DNA of 64,000 nucleotides, taken from positions 6,944,001 to 7,008,000 of the forward strand of contig CP110439.1 in NCBI GenBank assembly GCA_026914245.1, read 5' to 3'. Of the stretch, positions 63,220-64,000 are shown one piece after another. The position numbers were made by a program, and so were the translations under genes. Position 1 is the stretch's first letter. Every line of letters starts with the position of its first letter. This DNA is from Puccinia triticina. Its lineage: Eukaryota. The notes under the pieces were generated by a model. That model made no database searches. It had not been told where the DNA came from and was given only the letters and a program-made list of their open reading frames with translations.

Positions 63220-64000
63220 TCATTCTGCTGATGGTAATTTTAATTTCAGACGCTCTTCCTCAATTTGCTTGTTCCTTTCGCTAATTTCGTTCACCTTGCC
63301 GTCAATAGATGCGACTATCTTTTTCTTCTGATCCGAAATCCTCTTTTTGAAGCGCTCAGCCTTGCTCGCAATTCTTATTCTCCGGTTTTCTAGGGAAACA
63401 GATAGAATGTTGATGCCCGCTCGTCGTAGACCTGCAGATTTTTGATGTTTGGGTTGTAAATGTGCTTAGATCAATCTCAAAACTTTGATGAGAGGATCAT
63501 GAGAATGTTTCTTGAAACTCACCTCCGGATTCTATTACGGGTCTGGATGACGATTCAGAAGAATGTCCCGGTGGCACATTCTCTCCAAGGTGGTCAGATA
63601 CCTCTCTCGCATCTCTGAATTGAACTGTGTGAGGTGAACCTTTTTAGTATCCTATATGACACCCCGCAACGGTTTACTGACCATTTTCTTCCTCAGGCCT
63701 ATCTATAATGACAGTTTGCTTGCTGGATCCAGCCCCTTGTTTAACAAATGTTATTTCATCAGTTTGATTTGTATTGCTCCATTATATATGGATAATTAAC
63801 CGGTTGATTCACTACTAAGCTTACCGTTCTGTCCAATTGCATCTTGAGAGTGGTAACTGTCTCGGCTGGATTCTGTATCAGGCGCAACATCGGACCGCAA
63901 GAAAGTCACGTTGTTGAAAAATTGTTTTCGTTCACGTAAGGGTTGAATCACAATGTCAGTTTTTGTGACTTTTGTGTGGATCTACACCAACTGGTCTATC
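63220..64000 (-). CDS. 3' part of a multi-exon hypothetical protein gene (continues beyond the window)
   Basis: Short open exons between GT-AG introns. Last exon reads ENRRIRIASKAERFKKRISDQKKKIVASIDGKVNEISERNKQIEEERLKLKLPSAE*. Confidence 0.6.

Overview
Eukaryotic, intron-rich, repeat-dominated fungal DNA. Gene sequences, short GT-AG introns and TE types suggest a rust fungus (Pucciniales); this is an inference. Supported genes: an HSF-type DNA-binding protein, a HIT/HNT1 hydrolase, an intron-containing tRNA-Ser(AGA), an intronless secreted three-repeat protein, a tightly divergent ALG11/MSP1 pair, ribosomal protein uL13 (RPL16) and the 3' end of an unknown gene. The rest is nested TE debris (hAT, Helitron and Gypsy remnants, solo LTRs, many MITEs) with heavy CpG decay. 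Most notable signals: (1) short solo LTRs of two families, each carrying a tRNA-like Pol III module just inside the 3' end, one with a perfect TSD and an empty-site paralog in the window; (2) a dispersed family of nested GC mini-hairpin modules; (3) palindromic-unit arrays carried inside DNA transposons of different superfamilies; (4) hAT-type elements with 7-bp rather than 8-bp target duplications; (5) a candidate Kex2-processed repeat effector; (6) a TATA-preceded, apparently spliced locus with repeated exon motifs and no long ORF. All calls were made by eye and no database searches were run.
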